A stretch of DNA of 64,000 bases from Utricularia gibba (Eukaryota > Plantae > Magnoliophyta): contig NEEC01000017.1 of the NCBI GenBank assembly GCA_002189035.1, positions 1,426,001 to 1,490,000 of the forward strand, read 5' to 3'. How positions within the stretch are numbered: position 1 is the stretch's first letter; the number at the start of each line of letters is the position of its first letter. A model generated the notes under the pieces. The model did not search any database. It was not told the origin of the DNA and saw only the letters and a program-made list of their open reading frames with translations. This document shows, piece after piece, positions 51,979 to 64,000 of this stretch. A program made the position numbers and the translations under genes.

Positions 51979-54876
51979 TCAGGCATCTTTCTTTTGAGAC
52001 CGCCCCACGTATGCCTGCATCAAGAAATGGAGGTTCATGTGTTATAATAGTTACCAAAGCACATGAATGGAAGAAGATAACTGCACTGATGGAACCATAG
52101 GACACAGAAAGGGGACTTGACCAACTCCAAGGGCAAAAAGAAACCAAAAAACCTCAGCACTTTCTATCTAGAATCCCAGAGAAGTTTCAAATACCGGTCA
52201 ATCTTAACATGTTAACTAATTGAAGCTTCAAAGAGAAAAAGTACACACTTAAAGCAAGGTTAACAATAAAAAAATAACCTGAACAAGTTTTGTTATCTTT
52301 GTTTTGGAATGCTTCAGATACTGATCAATCTTATCCTGCGTTTTTGGAATATAATCCGTTTGAATTGTGCTGGTGACTTTGTCAACCACCTTTTTCACGA
52401 TTGTTTTGTGAACCTCTCTACTCATTTTACCTTCCTTCCATGTTGGCTTCAGGATGTCCTTTACAGCCTCCACCAGAGAATTTTTGAATAAACGCACACC
52501 TTTATCATCCTTGTTGGGAACGCTTTCCTCATCTTCCCCAAGTCCGTCATGAGATTCAGACTGCTTAACTTTCTCCAATTTGACTCGATTTAGTTCAGTG
52601 GATTCTGGTTTTGCAGGTTCGTTCTCCTGTTTCAGTTCTGGGTTTTCTATAGCAGCCGACTTTACACTGCCAGATCCAGTACCAGCACTGGGCAATAAAC
52701 TTGATCGTAAATTTTGCATCAGATTATTCTGCTCCAGATGATCATGATTATTTCTGCCACTGCCGTTCTCCATGGTAGTGGTCACTGGATTGTATTGTGC
52801 ACTTGTAGAGCCAATCATAGAAGAATATCCAAACATTTTGGTCCCCTCTGTGGCAGTATTCTTCTGGAATATTTCACTCTCAAAGCTTTGCATGGGTAAA
52901 GCAGAATGATTTGCTACTACGTCCATATCCTGACCAACAATAGCTGCAGGAGCATTTGATAACTGCACGCAAGGCAACAGTTGAGGAGTATTTGTTGCTA
53001 AAATTCCGGACATTTGACCAGCATTTTCATTGTTCTGTATCTGAGACAGCATAGAAAGATGCGGGAGATGCACTGCGTTGGGGCAGTATACTCTCTGAGT
53101 TCCACTGGAATCATTCAACATTGCGGAGTTTTGAGTAAGCACCCTTCCAACCTCCAGGTCAGCCTTTTGGCTCGGGAAAATAATGGTGCGTGCTGCATTT
53201 TTTAACTCTACCTCAGATGTAACATCTGGTTGAGGTGGGCCCATAGGGGCCTTTTCTGCTTCTCCATGATCTGTGGGCTGAAGAAGCAATCCTGGTGTGA
53301 TATCTTGACGCCAGTCCATAGAAAATGCATGTTCTGGAAGGTTGTCTTGAACTTTGGTTTCCCTGTTTCTATTGTGGCTTTGCAACTGAAATTCTAAAGG
53401 AGTTGCCAATTTTTTGGGGATGCGTTCATCAATAAGGGGCCAGCAGCACCTATGCGCTCAACATTACGACCAGCTACCCCCATTGGCCCAGGTATCCATT
53501 CAGGTATTTCTACATTCATATCACCATTCTCCAAACCGTGGCCTGATTTACTATCATTTGTCTTGTCATCAATGACCCCAACAGTCCTGCCATCTAGACT
53601 GCCAATTTTAGGATCATCATGAGAGAACCGGCAGTTACTTCTTTCACACTTCCCAGCAGCAAAAAATTTGCAGAATGGTCTTGTATCCCTATATGATTGG
53701 TCTCGAACTTCCTGTTCTGACAGATCACGGCCAGGAACTTCCCCAAAATTTTCCTCAGATGCAACATGATGAGAAAATCTGCAACTGTCCCCCACCTGCA
53801 CTTTCCCTTCACAAATTCCCTGCAAGTAACTGCATGACTACTTCTGGTTTGGGGACGGTCATCCCCTGCTCTGTAAGGATCATCAACATCCCTGCTTTCC
53901 CAACTACCTACAGTTATATTGTAATGCATCGACAACCCATTACTCATATTGAATGAATGTGAAAATCTGCATTGGTACCTTTCCTGGACCTTCTAGCGGA
54001 AAAATCTTCACCCACTTGAGGTGTCTTTGTGGGAACACTTCTCCTGTCACTCCAAGAACTGGATTTCCAAGGCTGTCCAGGGGGCTATGGCTTCTTAATT
54101 GATCCACAGCGCCACCATGTCCTCTGCTTCTACTTCTGCTCCTCTCCCTTTCCCTAGTCCTCCCTCTACTCCAGCTTCTGCTACGGCTCCTGCCTCTAGT
54201 CCTGCTCCTGCTTCGACTTCTGCTCCTACTTTTTTCAAATTTCCTGCAGTCCAGTGTACCACGAAACGGCACGATAGCTCAATATAGTGAAAAAAAGAAT
54301 TTTGGGATATCCTTACTTAAAACTCCAGCCTTATTTCATAATAATTCAAAAATGTAGCAAACCGTGACACGCACACATTTAACAAGATGCATAAGTAGCA
54401 TACAGATACATAATTTGCTTACAAAAAACACTCACCCCTTCTTCAGGATTCTGCATTTAGAAAAACAAATAAAACCTGGCTTAGATGTCGACAAAATAGA
54501 GACGGCTCAGACCTACGAGAATAGCTGCCCATAGGTTCATGGGACTGGTTGTATTTATGCCGATCCATTCCATCAAATCCAGGTGACATGTTTTGGAAGT
54601 ATCTACTTTCACCACCCATTTCCTTTCGAAGCAGGCTATCATTCATACGAGAGCCAGATTCATCTACCGTGGTTCCCAATATGGCTGTCCAGTATTCTCT
54701 CTGGAATTAGAAGCTGGATAACTTCTTGATGCCGAAAGGTTGTGGTAACGTCTGCTATCATGATGATTATGGTGGGGTTCCCTTCCTGACCAGGAGTCAT
54801 GATCTTTGGTTCTGGAAAAATTTCTCGGGTCTTCACCCACATCCCACAAAGACTTTCTTTTTCTCCTATCACCCAT
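51979..54876 (-). CDS. CCCH zinc-finger protein (C3H38/C3H55-like) with RS-rich region; coding exons ~54876-54517, ~54244-52273, 52014-51979; five apparent 1-nt deletions
   Basis: [26 protein letters not shown] tract, [38 protein letters not shown]-terminal [39 protein letters not shown]...KITKLVQ/AYV; exon limits approximate. Confidence 0.85.
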
Positions 54877-55961
54877 GTAATAAATGCAAACTAAGTGCAG
54901 CCTGTAGTACTTTCACTCATGTGGTGGCGATGGGCTCTGTTTGAAGGAGACACGAAAGGGAAGACTGTCAATACAAGAATAACAAGAACTCCAAGTTCAA
55001 TTGGCAATACAAGTTCCATCAACAAAACAGCCAACAATCAGCAAAAAACAGCTGAAATCCAGCTCAAGGCTCCAATCCTTTTAACACCATCTCAAATTAT
55101 CTTCTTTTTTTCAGGAAACACAAACACAAAAACTCAATTCCAAACAAATTGCAACAAAAAATGCCACCAATTAATCAGCCATTGCCTCAAATAAAAATTC
55201 CAATAAACCCTAACCAGCGGAGAAGAAAGAAACATTGACCCTCAAATCGAGCCTTCAGATGCGAGAAGCTGCACCCATAGAACGTGGAAACTTAGCAATC
55301 GTTGAGCCGCAGTGGCTACCGGCTTCTCGTAGCGTTGGGAGTTTAATTTTCACTGGCGGAGCCGCGACTCACCACCCAAGTTTACTCCGACGACGAGCTC
55401 CATTTTTTCACCTGATTTTTTAATTATTATTTTAGATATTTTTATATTATTATAAAACAGAAAGAATTATGATATTTTTGTACAGTATTTTTAAATTTGT
55501 GTTTAGTTCTATTTATTAAAATTATTTTTTAATAAAATAAAAATTGAATCTTTATATCAAATAAGTATTTTTAAATTTATATTTTTTGTAATAAATTTTT
55601 TATAAGTGTGAAATAAAATCGAATTTTTTTGTTTATTTTGCAATATTTTGGTAAAACATAATATCAATGTCATTTCTTCACATGGTTCAGGAGAAATTCC
55701 CTTATTTGCCCTCATTGTTGACGCACAGCGACAAGGACTCCATTGTCATTTCAGGAAAGTGCGTTCTCGTCATCTAACCTCCAAGATTTCCCCTCGAAGA
55801 ACCTATGAACCCTAGGCTTTCGATTTGGGCAAATTCTTTCGAATTTGCCACATTTGTAAATTGATTCTGTGTGTCCATAAGAGCTGAGATCCTGTTTGAA
55901 AGTTGAAATCCAATCAAATCTTGTTTAATTGGTGAGAGTCAATTGGATTTGTATTTTATGG

Positions 55962-58900
55962 ATGGGGGATCAGGAAGATGAGGGGATGAGGATGGCGCAG
56001 AGACTGAGTACTTCTCCTGAGCCCAAGAGAAGCAAGTCTGGAGAGAATTCAGGTGCTGGAGAAGAGTTTCCAGTGCCGGAGGAGTCTCCCGAGGCCAAAA
56101 ATCGCAGGATTCAGCGGGAGTTGATGGCTGCTGCTGCTGAAAAGCGGATCGCTGCAGCTAAGAGTGTCGCGCAAATGAAACCTGAGAGTGTAAAAGATAG
56201 GAAAGTTCCTGAGAAGCGAGTGGACAAGGATGCTACTTGTTCGTCAACGGAGATTAAAAACTCGGAGCCAGCGAAGGATGTAAAAAGCAATGAGGTAGTC
56301 GTAGCCAAATTTGGAAGCCCTCACACCTTATCTCTGAAGGAAGCCGAAGAACTTTTCCTGATTATTTTCGGCAAGGATTTTAGTAAAGATGTACTTGTGC
56401 AATGGTGTAATCAGGGTATTAGGTAAGCCTGTTCCTTTGCTCCCACGTTTTTAATGTAAAATGGCTGCAGTCTGCCAGCAATTTCGATCGAGTGCTTGGT
56501 TCATATTCTTCTCTTCCAGATTCTTTGTGTTTAATTTTTTGAAGGACGACGGCGCTTACAGAACCGATGGATATGAATCTTAACTTTCATCATATCACAT
56601 CTTTTTCTCACTGATCAGCAACGGTGCTTTTTGTTAAAGATCTAAGTTTTGGTCTTTTTTTATTTCTTCTGATGTGATACATACTTCACTGCAGCTTCAG
56701 TGATGACCCCGAGACATCAATGGGTCTCGTGCAGCATGAAGGGGGGCCATGCGGCGTGCTAGCAGCGATACAAGTAGTGATATTATTACAAAATTTTACT
56801 TTTCTAGCTTATTAGTTCCTTGAGATTTCAATTTTGGTACTCTCGAATTGATTATGCTGGAGGCTGATCGGTGGAAAAGATTTACGCTACATCAAAAAGT
56901 TATTTGTAGTGATCATGCTGCTGTGTTGTCTGCTTAATTTGTATCTTTTTCATACTGAACTTTCTTAAGAAACTGGTGCAGAATTTGAATATTATCCAGG
57001 CGTATTAACATTTAATAACATAACCTTGGCTATTCAGGCTTTTGTGCTTAAGTACCTCCTATTTCCTACCGAAGACTTTGATCATGCCATCCCAAACACG
57101 CCAGAATTGCCTGTCAGAAGAGCACCTGATCGTGATTCTGTGGTCTCTGAAATTTTATCATCCCTTTCCGAAGAAAGAAGATCAAGGTTTCATATCTTCT
57201 ACGCTATTTTTTGGTGCTGATGTACTTAATTTGTACTAGTTTTAGTTGCTGGCTCACATATAAGAAAAAAAAACAGGTAAAAGCGGATTAAAGTCACTCA
57301 TGGACATATATGTTGAGGTTCAAACAAACCTGTTGAGGATTTTCAACAGAATATTCTCATTCCTTTATTAATTTTAGTGTTTGTAAGAAATCCAAAGAAA
57401 AGTGGTTGGTTTATTTTTGATGATTATGTCCTCTTGTTCTTCTTACTTGAGTTATGGAACGTCATGACAGGGCATTGGTGAAAAGTATGGGTGAGATTTT
57501 ATTTTCGTGTGGGCATAATAAAAGAGCTGTAATAGCATCCCTGAACGATGGTGACAAGCTCCTGCAGGGATCTGAGGATGAGGTGATTGCAGAATCATTG
57601 TTTTGCTACGCTTTTGATATTATTCTCACCACTATTTGATTTTAATAACGGTGCAAATTACTGGTTCTGGATGGTCCGGTGAAAACTGACCTTTGAACCA
57701 ATAGAAAACAGGCCAGATATTGACAAAGGGAACACCCAAATTTATGGTTTGAATTTTCTAGTGTAGAAACTGAACTCCAAGTCCCGAGTTGTATTCTCCT
57801 GCTTTTTTTTACCGATCTAACTAATAAAAGCTATAATGCATTGGTATTCTTTTCATATCAGGTGTTTGGTAAAGTTTCCATGGAATCTGGATCCGACTTG
57901 CAGAAGGTTCTAGCAATTCATACTTTCAACTCATCATTCAGTGTGCTTCGGATGCTAGAAGTCATGCTTCCTGTTTTCCGAAGTCGTTTTGGAGCCTTGC
58001 TGTTTTTGATATCTGCCCTGCTGTCCCGGGGACTTGTAAGCTGTTTCTTTTGCAATATCTAGTTTTATATCTAATTTTCTATGTTTCAGACATGCTTTGT
58101 TCGGATTCTTTTTAATTATGATGGGGTATTGATTTGCAGGACAATGTTCAAGAGGATAGGGATGATCCAACTCAGCCATTGGTCACCGCTCCATTTGGAC
58201 ATGCATCACAAGTAAATATTTTTTCCCAACAGAAAAACTGCAACTCTCAACACACCCCTTTAAGGCTTGCTACACCCACAATTCAATTAGATGTTGGTGC
58301 AATTGAATGTTCAGACTTTTCACCCTGCAAAAATTGTTTCATGCACAAAGACTTAGTTGTGATTTTTCATGCACAGGAAATTGTCAACTTGCTACTCTCG
58401 GGATGCGCAGTTGCTAATGTCTTTGATGGGAACATTGATCTGGGGGGAGGTATGTTTGTCAAGGGTATCACAACACGCGTAGAAGTCGGATTCCTCACTC
58501 TTCTGGAATCCCTCAACTTCTGCAAAGTTGGTCAATACCTGAAATGTCCAAGATGGCCGATATGGGTCGTTGGAAGTGAATCTCATTACACGGTTTTATT
58601 TGCAATTGACACCAAAGTCCAAGAGGAAAACGAGCTCGAAAACAGGGAAGCACAAATCCGTAGATCATTTGATGCTGAAGATCAAAGTGGAGGCGGCGGT
58701 TTCATCAGCGTTGAAGGCTTCCACAAGGTCGTCAGGGAGACAAACATCAGTTTCCCCCCAGAGAAAGTGGATCAGTTGTGCAGCATGGGGTTCATCGTCT
58801 GGAGCGAATTCTGGCAGGCTCTTCTGGATCTGGATCAGAGTTCAGGGGGTGTCAAGGATTCAACTGGCCTAATGGGGAAGAAAGTCTTCTGCCTCTACCA

Positions 58901-59189
58901 CTTCAACGGGATAGCAAAGGCCATCCCCAGTGGCAGCGGCGGCAGCAACCAACAACCGGGGAGCGAAACTCCGATACAGCGGCCGAGATTGACGAAGCTG
59001 AGGGTCTCAGTCCCTCCGAGATGGACACCGGAGGAATTCATGGCTAGTGTGCCCGCCGCCTCCGGCGAGGGAGACAAGCCGGCTGAAGCTCCGATGAAGC
59101 CTCAGCACGCACCCTTAGTCGACTGCATTCGAACCCGTTGGCCGCGGTCTGTCTGCAACTGGGAAGGGGATGCGCCAAGCATCGTCTGA
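55962..59189 (+). CDS. MINDY3: Ubiquitin carboxyl-terminal hydrolase MINDY-3-like (DUF4205, EF-hand), 7 exons, intact
   Basis: LVQWCNQGI, catalytic QHEGGPCGVLAAIQA, FGHASQEIVNLL, VGFLTLLE, WVVGSESHYTVLF, HFNG, PLVDCIRTRWPR. Confidence 0.92.
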
Positions 59190-59569
59190 GCTCGTTTTGT
59201 ACAACAGGGACAGTGGAGATATACAGCACTAGAGCAGAGGTGAGCGCGGCAATGGAAAAGGGAGGATTGACTGCCGATGGAATTGTTTGCTTATTATTAT
59301 TATTTTGTTTGTTGGAGTGTGATGCAGGACTTGCCATGAACTGAACTCGGTATTAATGAAAAGGGGGATCAGGCATTTCTTGTAGAGTGGTATTAAGCGC
59401 AGAGCAACGTGAGGCGAAGGCAGAGATGTACTAAGAAAACAACCACCAAAACCCATTCTACAACAAACTTGAGAGTTCAAGAAGCAAGGGAAAGCTCAGC
59501 GTCGACAACGTACATATTGTATCAGCAACGAGCTTCTCAAAGGGAAAAGGAGAAAAAAACAAGAACAAG

Positions 59570-59587
59570 AACAACAACAACAACAAC
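59570..59587. repeat. (AAC)6 microsatellite between MINDY3 and actin 3' ends
   Basis: Direct reading of sequence. Confidence 0.85.
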
Positions 59588-59757
59588 AGAGCCAGTTGAA
59601 ATCGAGGTATCAAATTTTACACAATGGAGACTCCGGGGGAATACGGGAAGTTGAGCACCAGCCTTCCAGGTAAAGCGTACCACCTAAAATAAGAACTTCA
59701 GGAGCGAGTGTGCATCCTACAAATGGATTTGAGGGAATGTCGTTATCGTTTACCTTG

Positions 59758-61246
59758 TTAAAAACACTTCCGGTGAACGATTGCGGGGCCGGACTCGTCA
59801 TACTCGGACTTTGCGATCCACATCTGCATAAGAGAAGGGAGTTGAGCATGACATGAGCTGAGTAGTATCAAAACAATGTTCTGCACAGAACGAACTGTTT
59901 TTTGGATGAATGAAAAAAGACGAAGGTTACCTGTTGGAATGTGCTGAGAGATGCTAGGATAGAGCCTCCGATCCAAACACTGTATTTCCTTTCAGGGGGT
60001 GCAACTACCTTGATCTTCATGCTACTGGGGGCAAGAGCTGTTATTTCCTTGCTCATACGGTCTGCGATGCCTGGAAACATAGTTGAACCGCCACTTAGCA
60101 CGATGTTCCCGTATAAATCCTTCCTGATATCGACGTCGCATTTCATGATGGAGTTGTAGGTTGTTTCGTGAATTCCTGCGGCTTCCATCCCGATCAGCGA
60201 TGGTTGGAATAGCACTTCTGGACAGCGGAATCTCTCAGCTCCGATAGTGATAACTTGACCATCAGGAAGCTCATAGCTTTTCTCTACTGCTGAACTGTTC
60301 TTTGCTGTCTCGATTTCTTGTTCAAAGTCCAGAGCAACATATGCAAGTTTCTCCTTCACGTCACGGACAATTTCCCGTTCGGCAGTGGTGGTAAACATGT
60401 AGCCCCTCTCAGTCAAAATCTTCATGAGGTAGTCAGTCAGATCACGGCCAGCAAGATCCAAACGCAAGATAGCATGAGGAAGTGCATATCCCTCATAGAT
60501 AGGAACCGTGTGGCTAACCCCGTCACCAGAGTCGAGAACTATACCTGTTAAAGAGAAACAGAAGAGCTTGCTGGTTAAAAAAAAGCATTGTAACAGAAAA
60601 CACTGCATTCAACGTAATGAATAGAAACACACCAGTTGTTCGTCCACTAGCGTACAATGAGAGCACAGCCTGGATAGCAACGTACATAGCCGGAACATTG
60701 AAAGTCTCAAACATTATTTGAGTCATTTTTTCTCTGTTCGCCTTAGGATTGAGAGGGGCCTCTGTTAGCAGCACTGGGTGCTCCTCAGGAGCTACTCGGA
60801 GCTCATTGAAGAACGTGTGATGCCAAATCTTCTCCATGTCATCCCAGTTGCTAACTATACCATGCTCAATTGGATACTTCAATGTGAGAATACCTCTTTT
60901 AGATTGAGCTTCATCTCCAACATACGCATCTTTTTGTCCCATTCCAACCATCACCCCAGTGTGACGAGGACGACCCACTATACTAGGGAATACTGCTCTT
61001 GGAGCATCATCACCTGCAAAGCCAGCCTGTGCAACAAAAATCATGCCATTAAGAATAACAATGAAAATCCTCCCTCCCCATCCGAAAACAAGCTAGGACT
61101 CATCATATAGAGCACTGCGTTATTCTTGCATACACTATATACAACTCGTGTTCAATATCCTCAGCGTCCGTATGAAAAATCATTACCTTGACCATCCCCG
61201 TGCCGTTATCCACAACAAGGGGTTGAATATCCTCAGCGTCCGCCAT
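59758..61246 (-). CDS. ACT: Actin; exons 61246-61187, 61026-60633, 60544-59931, 59823-59758, intact
   Basis: [42 protein letters not shown]...[11 protein letters not shown]; the three canonical plant actin intron positions; isoform not assigned. Confidence 0.98.
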
Positions 61247-62556
61247 CACGATTTAGAATCTACGAGAATGGATAGTAAGCGTAAGTTACCAATCCGACAA
61301 GGAATCAAATCTACAACGCAAACAAAAAAAGCTAAAAAGCAAGATTCTTAGCGCCGGAAGACGAACTACCTACAAAATTTAACGAATCTTAAACCTCAAA
61401 ACGATAATATATTCTCTTACACTCACGACGGTACAGATCTATTCGGAATCAACAAAATTAAGCAAAAAAAACACAAAACATAGTCACTTCAGAATCACAG
61501 CCAGAAACTCGTTCGAAATCTAACCAGCTCCTCCAACTCCAGCACATAAAAATATTCAATAAAAATCAAGATTTAGCGTTAGATTCAGATCTCGCGTACA
61601 GTTGAGTGATTGTACGGTGGACGCAGCCGCCGCGAGAGAGATCCCTTGGAGCTGAGACAGAGTGCAGAACCTCGATTGTGAGGGACTCGGAACCTATATC
61701 CTCCCCGAGACGCGTAGCACGGAAAAATTAAAATCAGACAGCGAAATGAAATGCAAAATTCAGAAAGCGCAATTATTAGTGCATTTATGTACTCTGTTCA
61801 TTTCAAAATACCAAATTCAAATTTAATTTCAGTATTTACTCCTGCCTCCCTCCAATATGGTTGCATAATAAATACTTTTAATCCAACTTGGTGACAATTC
61901 ATACGCCCCTAAATTCTTCCAATTTTTTTTTCTATTTTTTCATATTATTTTATTAATTCCTAAATATTTTTTTTTCTAAAAGGTAATTGCAATCGATGGT
62001 TTTAGAATCAGGGAATGATTTGAGGATTACTAAAGTCAATTTATTGCATAAAATTGACTATATATTTCAAATATGTATTTGATTCTTTTTTTTATTAAAA
62101 TTGATTTTTGAGAATTACTTTACTTCTGTGAAAAAACATGAATATATGGCTTTTCATAGAGTTATTTTTTAAGAATTGATTTTGAGAAATAAATTTAGTA
62201 TTATACCCATTTGATAAATATTGATATTACATAATATGCTTTATTTAAATAAATTTACAAAATATTACTATAAATAAATAAATATATATATATATATTCT
62301 TATTTTTTTCATTTCAAACATTAATGAATTTTATAATAATAATTTTTAAAAAACAATTCCAAACATATAGTGATTTTTATAAAAAAAAAATCTCCGTAAC
62401 AAGGACAAAGATGTCATTTAAACTCAATTGCTATCCTTAATCGCAAATGACTATTTTGACCTTTTCTGTTTTCCTTGAGTTTTTGTTCAGGAAGACTGGT
62501 GGTCGAGCACACGGCACGAACTCCGGACCCGCTTCTGGTTGTACGCAACTTGCCCC

Positions 62557-64000
62557 ATGGCCACCGCCGTTCTACCGGTTTGTTGTTACGCCGGCGGCGC
62601 AGTTTCCGTTCGGCGGAAGGGAAACCATCGCACGCGTGCAGTTCTCGTTCAGGCGACACCGCGTCCCGCATCCGAACCCGAAAGCGGCGATGATAAAGTC
62701 AGCGCACTGCGAGTCAGGGAATCCGTATCCACCGCGACGCTGCCGTTCAGAGAGCGGGTGGAGGATATGCAGGCCGAAGCTAAGGCGATGGCACGCGCTA
62801 GAGATGCTTCTGTGTACTCCCCAGAGCTTCTGTATACCAAGTACACGGCTCAGCCGTTGAGAGTCGTCCGCCGAGCGTTGGAAATTTTTTTTGGGCTGGG
62901 TTCTTTCGCATTCTTTCTTTGGCTTGATCAAGTGAAGGCCGAGGTTGATCAGAATCAAAGGCTTAGGGCAATTCAGCTCAGGGAAACTTTCACTAGATTG
63001 GGACCGACTTTTGTCAAGATTGGACAGGGGTTGTCTACCAGACCGGATTTATGCCCCCCACTTTACCTCGAGGAGCTTTCTCAGTTGCAGGTGCCACAAT
63101 TTAAAAAAAAAAAAGAAGAAGAATTACTTATGAAGCAGAGTTATGTAGGCTGTTCATTTTGCATCTGCATAAAAAATCACCCAATTATGATATGTAGTTG
63201 CATCTGTTCATGGTGGTCTTTTGTACTTTAGCTATCTAATGTACGTTCACTCATTCTGGATATTAAACTGACTTTCTTTGTTTCGTTGCTTTTAGGATGC
63301 TTTACCAACATTTCCAGATGCGGAAGCATTTGCATGCATTGAGAGGGAGCTGGGGTATCCGATTGAGTCTATTTTTTCATCTATATCTTCTTCTCCAATT
63401 GCTGCTGCTAGCTTAGGCCAAGTTTACAAAGCTCAGTTAAAGTACTCTGGGAAGTTTGTTGCCGTAAAGGTGCAAAGACCTGCCATCGAAGATGCTATTG
63501 GTGTGGACTTCTATCTTATGAGAGGTCTTGGATTTCTCATCAATAAATATGTTGACATCATTACAACCGATGTTGTTTCACTCATTGATGAATTTGCACG
63601 AAGAGTGTTTCAGGAGCTTAATTATGTACAAGTAAGTAAAATCATGTCTATTATTTTGTGCATGCAGTGGTTCAAATTGCTGTTTTGAGAACCTGTTGAA
63701 TAGGTTTCATGAACTAAAAAAGCCTGTGGTTGTGAATGATAATGTTGTTAGGCTTGTGCAGGAGGGACAGAATGCTAGGAGGTTTAAAAAATTGTATGCA
63801 GACAAAGAAGATGTAATCGTTCCAGATATTTTCTGGGACTATACAAGCGGAAAGGTGCTGACTATGGAGTGGATTGAAGGAACTAAGTTAAATGAGCAAG
63901 AGGCCATTGAGAGGCAAGGGCTCAAAGTTCTGGATTTGGTGACCATTGGCATACAATGCAGTCTCAGACAGCTTCTGGAGTACGGATATTTTCATGCAGA
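62557..64000 (+). CDS. ABC1K3: Plastoglobule ABC1-like kinase 3, 5' part; exons 62557-63090, 63296-63631, 63762->64000
   Basis: QAEAKAMARARDASVYSPELL, FTRLGPTFVKIGQGLSTRPDLCP, AAASLGQVYKA, VAVKVQRP, ELNYVQE, KVLTMEWIEG, CSLRQLLEYGYFHAD. Confidence 0.9.

Noticed and set aside
17027-54672. Programmed ribosomal frameshifting as a novel system linking the broken genes
   Set aside because: The sites lack a shared slippery heptamer or downstream structure, the genes are functionally unrelated, and five shifts in one gene is implausible. Sequencing error explains all of them more simply.

Overview
Gene-dense euchromatic segment of a very compact eudicot nuclear genome. There are 21 recognisable protein-coding genes (about one per 3 kb), mostly 70-130 nt introns, short AT-rich spacers and no intact transposon. 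This architecture is reminiscent of miniature Lamiales genomes such as Utricularia/Genlisea (inference only). Gene order: USP39/SAD1 (3' part), DUF506, COP1-like, PFP-beta, STM-like KNOX, SRF8-like LRR-RLK, GARP/MYB-related TF, NDR1/HIN1-like, GA2ox8-like, ATPC, MIR171, DUF1218/VCC-like, ENT3, DUF3774 wound-responsive peptide, PP2C, RabC1, SEUSS, PLS-type PPR, CCCH zinc-finger protein, MINDY-3, actin, ABC1K3 (5' part). I did not find a convincing new biological system. The strongest unexplained signal is 11 apparent single-base deletions, nearly all in G/C runs, that break 6 otherwise conserved genes; this is most likely long-read consensus error rather than biology. Other notable items are a KNOX gene lacking the conserved homeodomain intron, a MIR171 hairpin and a DUF3774 gene both invisible to the ORF track, an orphan transit-peptide-like exon upstream of DUF1218, and an exon micro-duplication inside actin intron 1. 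All exon boundaries were read by hand and family assignments come from recalled motifs, not database searches.
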